Of a DNA stretch of 59,217 nt, positions 26,301-34,586 are shown piece by piece (position 1 is the first letter of the stretch; the number at the start of each line of letters is the position of its first letter). The translations under genes were made by a program, and so were the position numbers. Location: positions 1 to 59,217 of IMG/VR virus record IMGVR_UViG_3300044962_000015. The stretch is one strand, 5' to 3'. This DNA comes from a virus. Taxonomy: Duplodnaviria > Caudoviricetes. The notes under the pieces were generated by a model, which made no database searches, was not told where the DNA came from, and saw only the letters and a program-made list of their open reading frames with translations.

Positions 26301-27646
26301 TGGAGAAGCAGTTCAACGCCCTGCACAAGACGGCGCAGGCGAGGCTCGACGCGATCCGTGTCGATGCCGGGTTGAAGAAGCGCGCCCTGCCGAAGCTGGA
26401 CACGGCGTCGGTCAAGTCGACGGCGGCGGAGAGCGGCTACTACAAGTCGACCGGCTACAACGCTCCGAACTACGGCAAGCCCGCCTCGGGGAAGAACTAC
26501 CTGCTGACGAAGGTCGGCCCGAAGCTCGCTGTCGCGCATCAGACTGCGAGTGAGAAGAAGCTGGGCGCGCTGGGTTCGCCCGCAGCTCCGGCGGCATCTA
26601 CCTCCAAGATCGAAAACGTTCCGAGTGGCGAGCCCGTCAAGCTCGGCGGCGGGGACTCCTCGATCGCGCACATCCCGGCCCCGCTGAAGAAGCAGATCAC
26701 CTCCGACTTCAAGGCCATGCCCAAGGGCAAGTACCTGGCCGACCCGACCGAGGACATCTTCGGCAACCTCGTCAACCTCGCCGCCGCGCACAGCAAGGGG
26801 CTGTCCGACCCGCTGTCCGTCGACCAGGTGCTGAAGACCATCGACGAGACGCACTCCCAGAGCCTCGGCGTCGCGAACAGCGGCATGCTGCACAAGAAGG
26901 TCACCGACTGGCTGGGCACGTCCGCAGGCAAAACCTGGGCGGAGCAGCACAGCACGCCGGACGCCAAGATCGTCAAGCAGATCAACGGCGAGATCGACCT
27001 GCCGAAGGGCATCACGCTCGCGCCCGGCGAGAAGGTCCAGAAGCTGGCCGGGCCTGGCCCGCACGATGAGAGCCTGCACGCGACCGCGTTCAAGGCGGCG
27101 ACCTCGACGCAGGCCCAGGAGGCCCAGGACGCCTACATGAAGGCGAACGGGGTCAAGTGGTCGGCGCAGCAGAGGTCGGCCCTGAAGTCGTACACCGGCT
27201 CGGCGTACATCACGTACAACGACTACCTGCGCGGCTCCAGCAGTCACCACAGCCAGAGCACCAAGCAGCACGTGGTCGACATCCAGTCCGCGATGCTGCC
27301 GCTCGGGCAGCACACGCTGCTGAAGCGCGGCACCGGCTGGAACGCCCTGCCCCCGGAGTTCCACGGCGCGAACGCGTCGAAGATGGTCGGCAAGACGTTC
27401 CAGGAGCCCGGCTTCACCTCGACCACCGTGGCGGGCATGGGCGGGCACTTCTCCGGCCAGCCGCTGCAACTGATCATCGAGGCTCCGGCGGGTACCCCGG
27501 CGGCGTTCGTCAACGGCCTCTCGCACTTCAAGGACCAGGAGAACGAGATGCTCTTGGCGGCGGGAACGAAGTTCAAGGTGCTGTCCGTGGAGAAGACCAC
27601 CGGCGGGCACACCCTCATGCGGGTGCGGATTGTGGGAGACAAGTGA
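23315..27646 (+). CDS. Large Lys/Ala-rich protein with C-terminal VIP2-like (R-S-E) ADP-ribosyltransferase domain
   Basis: ALKSYTG-x2-Y-x3-N-x2-LRG, LKRG, EPGFTSTT, QENEMLLAAGTKFKV. Confidence 0.88.
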   Translation: MTTLGGSAKTVTVAFENVDPKVYALMTGQPAKSDAEVVAEVYSLSAAAGLQLGTAAIQAALYQDDDAHEDCSLTACLNPLHPGPCKGWKGTLHSVSPGAWHALEAARVEKANHARVKKIEALKAQGKPIPHKLLAPIVAKPHPQAGQTAKNATGEAHAAGKAVSDAAGIVNNHPGKVSLGQAVKQVPAAKGPKGKKPTLASHGIAFVIGQEKVTPQYKLDKAAAITPEQWAGLSAADKASIRGELAKISINGFGVQEEKANKLLAKLADKPADLKPGTPGTVTTPSGKVHQKVSLKEMEQAAKSTAPPPTEKLKGFDSLPQAEKDKVVAQAPKAELPLKLSEVATPKTAVTTGGKAEAPTVTSLTPTNVAKIIQKYGSADLMIGGKKVTVGFEGSGHPGKLVMAPGGHCVVTTPDGTKHNIAKGQHLDFVWKKPDEPKASPPEAPKPQVVPAAEKPKPLAKHVEHAVAMAQGTAPGASWSKNHLVAYEKLSAEEFKTLSPDVQGKIVSELTKAQTKFLDPKKIAASKALVAKFQGEAPAAPKAEVKAVNFSTHLHDHSVTDAQAKKAADETGPAGHFLAAKQLGVLTDADNPDLGFHALNAADDSAALVAMKTKLYDSSILGQPGVKAAIDELRTAAAKQSYAQSVQAAKTKAFNKINQKIQVDGGTLSPIEKASLLHYGKYLLNHKTPPTDQAHLDDLKADTKQAENVLTDKLQGAFKKANAPAVADMSPAQIADRTKVLLGDLAVNPHVNLSLSEMQYAQKMGEAKVGSEAAKYPKEVLSDPMVAAKMATYTSVVTQINASNAELHNLDDHIQQMHTHAILDGIDQHGNPLSVDDKKVIAAHAGMLKASHSYLGTTLDHQQEKLPEAKAAFEAAAEKAQANLKPAEPLKLSAFDQTTVADAYMSAWSKHASKAVTYGLKSYADQQKMKTHAQYPSLTMDLGELKVLAGKVALAHAEEHTAHLNLQALDPESGVKVTGSPEWSAWQAKVADRLTVEKQFNALHKTAQARLDAIRVDAGLKKRALPKLDTASVKSTAAESGYYKSTGYNAPNYGKPASGKNYLLTKVGPKLAVAHQTASEKKLGALGSPAAPAASTSKIENVPSGEPVKLGGGDSSIAHIPAPLKKQITSDFKAMPKGKYLADPTEDIFGNLVNLAAAHSKGLSDPLSVDQVLKTIDETHSQSLGVANSGMLHKKVTDWLGTSAGKTWAEQHSTPDAKIVKQINGEIDLPKGITLAPGEKVQKLAGPGPHDESLHATAFKAATSTQAQEAQDAYMKANGVKWSAQQRSALKSYTGSAYITYNDYLRGSSSHHSQSTKQHVVDIQSAMLPLGQHTLLKRGTGWNALPPEFHGANASKMVGKTFQEPGFTSTTVAGMGGHFSGQPLQLIIEAPAGTPAAFVNGLSHFKDQENEMLLAAGTKFKVLSVEKTTGGHTLMRVRIVGDK

Positions 27647-27843
27647 TGGCTGACGTCAATCCGTATGAGCACCTGGACTCGCACTACGGCGACATGGAAT
27701 TGCGTCTGGTGGATGAGCCGACCGGCTCCGGTAAGGGCATGAGCAGCAAGGAGGCGCGCACGTTCCTGCGCGCCCTACGGCCGGTGACCCGGGTGAAGCA
27801 GACCCTGGCCCAGGCCGCGAAGAAGGTCACCAAGAAGGGTTGA
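27646..27843 (+). CDS. Small protein coupled to the ART gene
   Basis: TGATG coupling, 65 aa. Confidence 0.6.
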   Translation: MADVNPYEHLDSHYGDMELRLVDEPTGSGKGMSSKEARTFLRALRPVTRVKQTLAQAAKKVTKKG

Positions 27844-27869
27844 CACTGCCGTCAAGTGGCGTCTACTAT
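27840..27869 (+). promoter_or_regulatory. Sigma70-type promoter with TTGAC-N6-GTCAA operator
   Basis: TTGACA-18nt-TACTAT; palindrome at 27840-27855. Confidence 0.75.
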
Positions 27870-27905
27870 GGGTTTACAAGGTTGACAGACCCCAAGGAGA
27901 ACGCC

Positions 27906-28232
27906 ATGAAGCTCGGACACACCGCAGACGAGATCAAGTACGACGAGACCGTGGGCACCGTCGCCCACTACCTCGTGATCCTCGACGGCGAGCCCACCAT
28001 GACCATCCTGTGCGACTCGGCCGACCCCGAGAAGGTCATTCGCATCCGCCGCGTCGGCAGCGCGACCAGCCAGACCACCGCCGGTCGCTTCGTCATGACC
28101 ACGGAGCTGCTGGAAGACTCCGACGGCAACCCGCTGGGTACAAGCGAGCGGGTCAACGGCAAGTCGGTCTTCACCTACGTCGTCCCCCGCCTGCACGTCC
28201 TGCTCGGCCGCCTGCTGCGCGCCGCTGCCTGA
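27906..28232 (+). CDS. Hypothetical protein
   Basis: AAGGAG RBS. Confidence 0.7.
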   Translation: MKLGHTADEIKYDETVGTVAHYLVILDGEPTMTILCDSADPEKVIRIRRVGSATSQTTAGRFVMTTELLEDSDGNPLGTSERVNGKSVFTYVVPRLHVLLGRLLRAAA

Positions 28233-28239
28233 TCCCACC

Positions 28240-28269
28240 GAGAGCCCCGGCCGGACGGCCGGGGCTCTC
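28240..28269. terminator. Hairpin
   Basis: GAGAGCCCCGGCCG / CGGCCGGGGCTCTC. Confidence 0.55.
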
Positions 28270-28287
28270 CCGTCTCTGGAGGACACC

Positions 28288-28710
28288 ATGAAGGACACCG
28301 TCAAGGACCTGTGCGACCGGATGGCGCTGCTGCACATCCGGTTCGCCGTCGTGTTCGGCACGCCCCGCCCCGCCAACCCGCTGCTCGTGACGCTCGCCGA
28401 GGCGCTGGAGGCGGGCCTGCGCGCCGAAGACCCGGACGCGATCGCCAAGGTGCGCGGCGTCGTCGACCCGGGCGACCTCAGCGGGACGGGCTTCTGGGCC
28501 ACCCCGCTGGGGCGCCTGCTGTTCGCAGCGGGCGGCTACGGCCAGCAGACGTGCACGCAGACGGTTGCTGCGGCCGTGCTCGACTGCTCGCGGCAGTGGG
28601 TGTCGGCGATGGTCGCGGAGAACAAGCTGACCCCGGCTGCTGAGCGGGGGGTGCATGTCGAGGAGCTGCGGGGGGTGCTCCAGGCCCGGCTTGACAGGCT
28701 CGTCAAGTAG
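28288..28710 (+). CDS. Protein with C-terminal HTH
   Basis: TQTVAAAVLDCSRQWVSAMVAENKL. Confidence 0.65.
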   Translation: MKDTVKDLCDRMALLHIRFAVVFGTPRPANPLLVTLAEALEAGLRAEDPDAIAKVRGVVDPGDLSGTGFWATPLGRLLFAAGGYGQQTCTQTVAAAVLDCSRQWVSAMVAENKLTPAAERGVHVEELRGVLQARLDRLVK

Positions 28711-28719
28711 CTGTATGCT
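28691..28719 (+). promoter_or_regulatory. Sigma70-type promoter with TTGAC-N6-GTCAA operator (ARH gene)
   Basis: TTGACA-17nt-TATGCT; palindrome at 28691-28706. Confidence 0.78.
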
Positions 28720-28746
28720 TTAGACATACATGGAGGAGGAACACAG

Positions 28747-29889
28747 ATGAAGCTCAAAGACACCATCGCGGACCGGCGCCACGGCATCATGTTCGGCCTG
28801 GCCTACGGAGACGCCCTCGGCCGCCCGACCGAGTTCATGAAGGCCAGCACCCTCGCCAAGTTCGGCAGCCCGTTCCGGCACACCGTCGGCCTCAACAAGC
28901 CGCAACAGGGCATCGTCACCGACGACACCCAGATGTCCATCGCCGTCGCGAACGCCGCCCTGGTCCGTGGCCGCCTCGACCCCCGGATGATGGCCGACCG
29001 GTTCGTGATGGCCTTCATCAACTGGCAGCGCGACCCCAAGAGCATGGACGGCCAGCGCGCCCCCGGAGCCACCTGCATGGGCGCCGTCTCCGGGCTCCGG
29101 CGCAACCCCACCCAGTGGCTGCTGGCCACCCGCCCCGACTCCAAGGGCAACGGCGCTAACATGCGGGTCTCCCCGCTGGCCCTGCGCACCGACTGGACGT
29201 GGGATGAGCTGGCCAAGGCGTCGCAGCTTCAGGCGGCCATCACTCACGGCCACCCCACCGCCCTCGCCGCCGCCGAACTGACGGCCGTCGCGGTGCGGAT
29301 GCTGCTGGAAGGCGTCGCCGAGCCCACCGAGGGCCTGATCGATCACCTGCTGGCGTACGCCTACGACCAGCGCAACCGGTACCACGGCGACTGGCTGGGT
29401 CACCTGTGGCAGGTCGAGACGCCCCGGTTGCTGCCGGTCCACAAGAACTGGTGGGACGACGCCGCCGCCGGGTTGGAGCCCCTGCTCCCCCGGGCGCCCA
29501 AGCCCGCCCCGAAGTCGCCGCTGGCGTACATCCAGCGCGGCTGGGACGAGATGATCGACGCCCTGCTGAGCATCTACCGCAAGCCCCGAGACAAGCAGCA
29601 GGACCCGTGCGACGTGGCGGGCGGCGGCTGGGTCGCGGAGCAGGCGCTGACCTGCTCGCTGCACACGCTGCTCTGCTTCCCCGGCGACCCGACCAACGCC
29701 CTGCGCCGGGCGGCGTTCACCGACGGCGACTCGGACAGCATCGGCTCGATCACGGGCGCCCTGGCGGGTGCCGCGTACGGGCTGAAGGCGTTCCCCTCGC
29801 ACTGGATCGGCAACCTGGAGTACCGGCGTGAGCTGGAAGACCTGACGGGCGAGCTGACCGCCGCATCCCGTAACGGGGCTGGCCGGTGA
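28747..29889 (+). CDS. ADP-ribosylglycohydrolase (DraG/ARH family)
   Basis: GLAYGDALG-x-P-x-EF, TDDTQM, GNGANMR, ITHGHP, GDSDSIGSITGALAGA-x-YG. Confidence 0.93.
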   Translation: MKLKDTIADRRHGIMFGLAYGDALGRPTEFMKASTLAKFGSPFRHTVGLNKPQQGIVTDDTQMSIAVANAALVRGRLDPRMMADRFVMAFINWQRDPKSMDGQRAPGATCMGAVSGLRRNPTQWLLATRPDSKGNGANMRVSPLALRTDWTWDELAKASQLQAAITHGHPTALAAAELTAVAVRMLLEGVAEPTEGLIDHLLAYAYDQRNRYHGDWLGHLWQVETPRLLPVHKNWWDDAAAGLEPLLPRAPKPAPKSPLAYIQRGWDEMIDALLSIYRKPRDKQQDPCDVAGGGWVAEQALTCSLHTLLCFPGDPTNALRRAAFTDGDSDSIGSITGALAGAAYGLKAFPSHWIGNLEYRRELEDLTGELTAASRNGAGR

Positions 29890-30077
29890 AGACGCTGCGG
29901 GTCGACCGGGGCGGCTACGTGTTCCGCTGGCGCGGCGGCGCGTTCGTCGCGGTGTGGCGCCAGGAGAACATCGCACGCCTGGTACCCGACGACATGATCT
30001 CGGTTCCGGAATCGATCAACAGGTCACGGGCTGGCATGAGCGAACTGATCCGCATCGCCGAGAGCTACGACCGCTAA
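29886..30077 (+). CDS. Hypothetical protein
   Basis: GTGA coupling. Confidence 0.6.
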   Translation: MKTLRVDRGGYVFRWRGGAFVAVWRQENIARLVPDDMISVPESINRSRAGMSELIRIAESYDR

Positions 30078-30091
30078 GCCATCCGCCAAAT

Positions 30092-30123
30092 CAGCCCTCC
30101 TGCCCAGTGGGGCGGGAGGGCTG
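30092..30123. terminator. Hairpin
   Basis: CAGCCCTCCTGCCC / GGGCGGGAGGGCTG. Confidence 0.55.
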
Positions 30124-30154
30124 TACCATCTCGACTGACAGAAGGGAGGTTGAA

Positions 30155-30271
30155 GTGAGGAAGCTCGCGAACATGATCGGACTGGCGGCGGACCTGACGC
30201 TGCCCACCCTGCTGGTCGTCTCCGGCCTGGCGTTGATCGTCGGTGGCCAGAGTGGCGCACTCTGGCTGTAA
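30155..30271 (+). CDS. Small membrane peptide
   Basis: GGGAGG RBS, 38 aa, hydrophobic. Confidence 0.4.
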   Translation: MRKLANMIGLAADLTLPTLLVVSGLALIVGGQSGALWL

Positions 30272-30299
30272 CCTGATGCGCAACGAAAAGGGGTAGCGC

Positions 30300-32432
30300 A
30301 TGGGTACCGCCTGGAAGATGCCGCTGGCCGTCATTGGCAAGCCGACCGGCGACGGCCGTCAGTTCGACGCTGGCGCGCTGGGGCACCGCGACCTGCCGCT
30401 ACCGCTGCGGTACGTCGCGACCGACTCCGGCGGCCACAACAACGCCGTGATCGTCGGGCACATTTCGAAGATCGGCAAGGAGAAGGGCGGCATGCTGCCC
30501 GCCCAGGGCGAGTTCTACGACGACGAGTCGTGGCCTGACGACGTGCGCAACGCCGCCACGGCCGCCATGAAGTTCACCCAGAACAAGGTGATCGGCCCGT
30601 CCGTCGACCTCGACCAGCAGGAAGTGGAGCACGTCCCCGAGCCGAAGGCGTACGCCGCGTGGAAGAAGGAACAGGCCGGGAAGCTGAAGGCCGCGAAGAT
30701 GGCCCACGCCGGGGCTACCGGCGGCGACTGCGGCTGCGGCTCCCCCGTCATGGCCGAGGAGGCGTTCGACGGTCCCCGGCTGAAGATGATCCGCTCCGGC
30801 CGGATGGCCTCCGCCACCCTGGTGCACATCCCCGCGTTCGCGGAACTGTCCGGGCACGCGAAGCTGACCCCGATCGACTCGTCTGACCCGAACGTGGACG
30901 GCACGACCTCCTCGGCGATGGTCGCGGGCGCCCTCGTCCACTTCGACTGGGCTGACGTGGAGTGGACCGCCAAGATCGAAAACGACGCGGAGTTGTTCGC
31001 CGACCAGGACGCGGCCGCCCGCGCCATCGAAGCAGGCGACGATCCGGCCGACGTGCTGGCCATCAGCGAGGAGATGGGCGACACCATCGTCCCGAACCGC
31101 GCCAAGGTCCAGGCCCGCAAGAAGCCGAAGCGCGACCCCGGGACCGTCAAGGGCAGCCAGGACACCCAGGAGATGGCCGCCGAGGACACCGGCATCTGGC
31201 TGACCGACGACGAGTTCACCGAGTTCGCGAAGCGGCGCCTGCCTAGCCCCACCAAGCAGAAGCCTGGCGGCGCCGAAACCCCGGGCGGCGACGGCGAGCA
31301 GAGCCAGGGCGGCGGCGGCATCGGTGGCGGTACCTACGCGGTCGCCGACTCCGTCAAGACGCTCAAGGCGCAGGCCGAACGGTCCAAGCTCGCCGACGAG
31401 GACTTCGTCGACCCGAAGGGCCGCCGGTTCCCGATCGCCTCCTGCTCCAGCATCGGCGACGCGGTCAGCTCCTACGGCCGCGCCGACCCGAAGATCCCCT
31501 ACGGCCAGTTCAAGTCCCGGCTGACCGCCATCGCCAAGCGCAAGGGCTGCGAAGCCAGCCTGCCCGCCAACTGGAAGGCCGGAGAGAAGATGGCCGCGCT
31601 CATGGCAGGCGCCGCCCCGGCCGCCCCGCCGAAGGAATGGTTCGACGACCCGAAGCTGACCGGCCCGACGCCGCTGCACATCGGCGACGACGGCCGCGTG
31701 TACGGCCACGTCGCCACCTGGGGCACCTGCCACATCGGCCTCGGCGACTCCTGCACCCTGGCCCCCAAGTCGGCCACCAACTACGCCTACTTCCACACCG
31801 GCGAGGTAGTCACCGCCGACGGTTCCCGCGTCCCCGTGGGGCGCCTGTCGTACGGCAAGGGCGGCCACGCCGGACCGAACCTGGGCTACCGGGCGGCGGC
31901 CGAGCACTACGACTCCACGACCACCCTGGGCGCTCTCACCCGCGCGGGCGAAGACCAGTACGGCATCTGGGTGGCCGGTGCCCTCGTGCCGGAGGCCGAC
32001 GAGGCAGCGATCCGGACCATGCGGGCAACTCCGCTGTCCGGCGACTGGCGCCGCGTCGGCGCCAACCTGGAGATGGTGGCCGCCCTGCACGTCGTCACCG
32101 CAGGCTTCCCCATCCCCCGCGCGGTCACCGCCTCGGCGATCACCGGCATGCCCGAGGACGGGGAGATCGTGCTGAGCCTGGTCTCCGCCGGTGCCCTGCC
32201 GCGCGTCATCGACGAGGACGACGCGCTCATGGCCGGGGCGGCGCCGCTGGACCCGGACGCGCTGGGCCGGGCCATCGCCCGGGGGATGCTCGCCGAGCAG
32301 CACGACGCGAAGCTGCGGGAGACGCGGGCGGCCGAGTGGCGCGAGCTGGTCGCGGCGGCCACCACGGAAGACCTCAGCGCCGATTACGATGACGCCATGG
32401 GCGACCTGATGGTCGCCCTGGTCCAGGAGTGA
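30300..32432 (+). CDS. Capsid maturation protease, multi-domain
   Basis: TGDGR-x-F, LPLPL...GH, GPSVDLD, ATLVHIPAF; later P-x2-WF-x-DP-x-L-x-GPTP, GRVYGHVA-x-W-x2-CH, GED-x2-GIW-x-AG, SGDWR; inserted DFVDPKGRRFPI domain. Confidence 0.85.
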   Translation: MGTAWKMPLAVIGKPTGDGRQFDAGALGHRDLPLPLRYVATDSGGHNNAVIVGHISKIGKEKGGMLPAQGEFYDDESWPDDVRNAATAAMKFTQNKVIGPSVDLDQQEVEHVPEPKAYAAWKKEQAGKLKAAKMAHAGATGGDCGCGSPVMAEEAFDGPRLKMIRSGRMASATLVHIPAFAELSGHAKLTPIDSSDPNVDGTTSSAMVAGALVHFDWADVEWTAKIENDAELFADQDAAARAIEAGDDPADVLAISEEMGDTIVPNRAKVQARKKPKRDPGTVKGSQDTQEMAAEDTGIWLTDDEFTEFAKRRLPSPTKQKPGGAETPGGDGEQSQGGGGIGGGTYAVADSVKTLKAQAERSKLADEDFVDPKGRRFPIASCSSIGDAVSSYGRADPKIPYGQFKSRLTAIAKRKGCEASLPANWKAGEKMAALMAGAAPAAPPKEWFDDPKLTGPTPLHIGDDGRVYGHVATWGTCHIGLGDSCTLAPKSATNYAYFHTGEVVTADGSRVPVGRLSYGKGGHAGPNLGYRAAAEHYDSTTTLGALTRAGEDQYGIWVAGALVPEADEAAIRTMRATPLSGDWRRVGANLEMVAALHVVTAGFPIPRAVTASAITGMPEDGEIVLSLVSAGALPRVIDEDDALMAGAAPLDPDALGRAIARGMLAEQHDAKLRETRAAEWRELVAAATTEDLSADYDDAMGDLMVALVQE

Positions 32433-32451
32433 GGTAGGAGGAGGTCCACCG

Positions 32452-32610
32452 ATGGGATGCAACTGTGGGGGCGGCGGGTCCGGTCTCGGCAACTACGAGG
32501 TGAAGGACTCCAAGGGCGTGACCGTCAAGACGTTCTCCGCTGTGCGGGAGACCGAGGCCAAGGCGTTCGCGGCGAAGACGCCCGGCGCCACCTGGCGCAA
32601 GACGTCCTGA
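32452..32610 (+). CDS. Small MGCNCG head-region protein
   Basis: GGAGGAGG RBS; MGCNCGGG... (52 aa), a type common next to actinophage head genes. Confidence 0.75.
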   Translation: MGCNCGGGGSGLGNYEVKDSKGVTVKTFSAVRETEAKAFAAKTPGATWRKTS

Positions 32611-32614
32611 GACA

Positions 32615-32658
32615 CACGAAGGCCCCACCCTCAGGGAAGAGGGGGCGGGGCCTTCGTG
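32615..32658. terminator. Hairpin between convergent genes
   Basis: CACGAAGGCCCC...GGGGCCTTCGTG. Confidence 0.65.
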
Positions 32659-32665
32659 CTGTCCG

Positions 32666-32989
32666 CTACTCGGGCTTGCCGAACGCCTGGTCGCGCGCCC
32701 GCTTCAGCACGGCGATCAGCCGGTTGAGGTCCCGCCAGTCGTCGATGCTGGCGTGCCAGCCGTCGAAGTCGGGGGCGTAGTCCAGCTTCTCCCGCAGCTT
32801 CGCGACGTCGATGGGTTCCATCTCGGCCTGCTTCAGCCATTCGTTGACGATGGCGAACAGGCGGTCCGTCGCCTCGTCCGGGTACTCCTGGGCGGAGGCC
32901 AGGGTGGCAACCTGGACCTCGCCGCTCTGGTTGCTGGCCCACGCCACGCGTACGCGTACAGGCGTGGCGTAGATCGTCTCGCTGGGCAT
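32666..32989 (-). CDS. Hypothetical protein
   Basis: GGGAG RBS; LNRLIxxLKRARDQAFG. Confidence 0.7.
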   Translation of the reverse strand: MPSETIYATPVRVRVAWASNQSGEVQVATLASAQEYPDEATDRLFAIVNEWLKQAEMEPIDVAKLREKLDYAPDFDGWHASIDDWRDLNRLIAVLKRARDQAFGKPE

Positions 32990-33059
32990 CGCTTCTCCCA
33001 TCTCGGGGTGGTGCGCCCGGCATCCCGCCGGTGCGCGAGCAGCGTATCCCAGACACGAC

Positions 33060-33094
33060 GAAGGCCCGCCCCACGGGAAGCGGGGCGGGCCTTC
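33060..33094 (-). terminator. Intrinsic terminator-like hairpin
   Basis: GAAGGCCCGCCCC / GGGGCGGGCCTTC. Confidence 0.65.
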
Positions 33095-33104
33095 TCTATG
33101 TCCG

Positions 33105-33554
33105 CTACGAGACGCGCATGATGCAGTGCTGGAGACGCCACTCCGTATTCATGTTGCCCTTGGTGTTGGCGTAGATCAGTGCGCTGGCGCTCCCGCAGCC
33201 GCCGTGGAACAGGTCGTAGTGGTAGACGCGCCACTGATGCCCGTTGTTGTTGTGCACCGAGTAGATGTCGTCACCGGAGTTCAGGTGCAGGCTGATCGGC
33301 TGGTTCAGCGCCACCGTCTGCGACACCTGGTAGTAGAACCCGCAGGCCGACGTCGCGGAGCAGGGGAAGCCGCAGATGTAGCCTGACGCGCAGGCCACCG
33401 CCTCGGCGCGCTGCGGGGTCATCAGGTGGATGACCTGGACGACGGGGTTGCCGCCGGTCGGCTTGTCGGCCACCGACACCGACCCGGGCTGGAGGACGAA
33501 CAGGCCGAGCATGGCCGCCAGTGCGACCAGCCCGATGGTGATCTTGCGCTTCAT
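33105..33554 (-). CDS. Secreted protein, peptidase inhibitor I36-like (tentative)
   Basis: Signal peptide MKRKITIGLVALAAMLG; C-x-SGYIC, D-x-IYSV-x-N...VY...G pattern. Confidence 0.55.
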   Translation of the reverse strand: MKRKITIGLVALAAMLGLFVLQPGSVSVADKPTGGNPVVQVIHLMTPQRAEAVACASGYICGFPCSATSACGFYYQVSQTVALNQPISLHLNSGDDIYSVHNNNGHQWRVYHYDLFHGGCGSASALIYANTKGNMNTEWRLQHCIMRVS

Positions 33555-33801
33555 TCCTTCTCCTCGCTCGATACGGAATGTCCCGGGCTCGGTCAGGCTC
33601 TTCAACCCGGGGCGCGATTCGATCGCCGTCTCCGCCGGGGGTCCTGCCGGTACCCGATTCAGTTATCCCTGCTCAGCGGCTCATGGCCAGTCTCATCGAT
33701 CCCACATGGGTAAGTAACGCCATGGCCTGCCGTCCGGTTTCCACCTTTAGAGACGTTGTTCACCGGCAACCCCATGTCTGTCAGCCCTAAGCCTACACGA
33801 C

Positions 33802-34008
33802 TTAGACGACGTCGCGATACGGGACCGGACTGTTTCCCGCGCCGTTCTCGACGAGAAGTCCGGCCCAAGGGTCGATCTCGATGTCGACCTGGGTCGAGTT
33901 GCCTGCCCCGCCTGCCGCGCCCATCGTCGAATAGCCGGACTCGCTCACACTCAGCAGCAGCACGACCTTGCAGCCATGCCAGATCCGTATGGTCTTCGCT
34001 ACGCCCAT
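33802..34008 (-). CDS. Hypothetical protein
   Basis: ORF in minus-strand cluster. Confidence 0.45.
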   Translation of the reverse strand: MGVAKTIRIWHGCKVVLLLSVSESGYSTMGAAGGAGNSTQVDIEIDPWAGLLVENGAGNSPVPYRDVV

Positions 34009-34214
34009 GCGAACCGCGCCGCGATCAGCCGTACCGACATCGCCGCGTAGCGCCGCGCCAGGCGGAACTTGCCCCGCTTGACCGACCGCACCGCAGCGGC
34101 CATCGGGCAGCAGGGCTGTCCGTTGACGCTGTTACCGACCTCGCTGGGGCGGCGTACCCGAGCGCGCCTGTTCGAGCCCGGCCGGGGCGTCCACCCGCCA
34201 TTATTCGAGGGCAT
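33999..34214 (-). CDS. Small basic protein, paralog of 14214-14471
   Basis: Shared CCPM..AAVRSVKRG.FRLA.RYA.MSVRL.AARFA. Confidence 0.7.
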   Translation of the reverse strand: MPSNNGGWTPRPGSNRRARVRRPSEVGNSVNGQPCCPMAAAVRSVKRGKFRLARRYAAMSVRLIAARFAWA

Positions 34215-34247
34215 CCGTCCTTCTCCTATCCGTTGCGTCAGGATCCT

Positions 34248-34586
34248 TCACGGCCGCCACCTGTGCTCGTTCAGCGCGGCCAGCACCATCTCCACGGGGA
34301 TGCCGCTGATCAGGGTCTCGGAGCAGTGCCCGCACCCGATGTAGAACTGCACCTCCACGTCGCGCATGGTGAGGCGGCCATCCACGATGGGGTTGAGCTT
34401 GACCATGGCGGCGGCCCAGGCAAGCTTCTCCTCGCCGCACTCCGGGCAGACGCCCTTGTTGATCAGCGCGGCCCGGCAGCTCGGGCAGGTCACCTCGTCC
34501 AGCTCCGAGGTCAGCTCGCCCCGTAGGGCGGCTGTCAGATTGCACGTGGTCAGCGCGTAGCCCTTGGGGTTCAGGAGGTGCTTCAC
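34248..34586 (-). CDS. Zn-finger protein
   Basis: CPSC, CPEC, CGHC. Confidence 0.7.
   Translation of the reverse strand: MKHLLNPKGYALTTCNLTAALRGELTSELDEVTCPSCRAALINKGVCPECGEEKLAWAAAMVKLNPIVDGRLTMRDVEVQFYIGCGHCSETLISGIPVEMVLAALNEHRWRP

Noticed and set aside
23288-27610. 1440-aa minus-strand ORF and similar long antisense ORFs (9757-11298, 30399-32492, 45240-47621)
   Set aside because: Shadow frames of high-GC3 genes with no recognisable motifs
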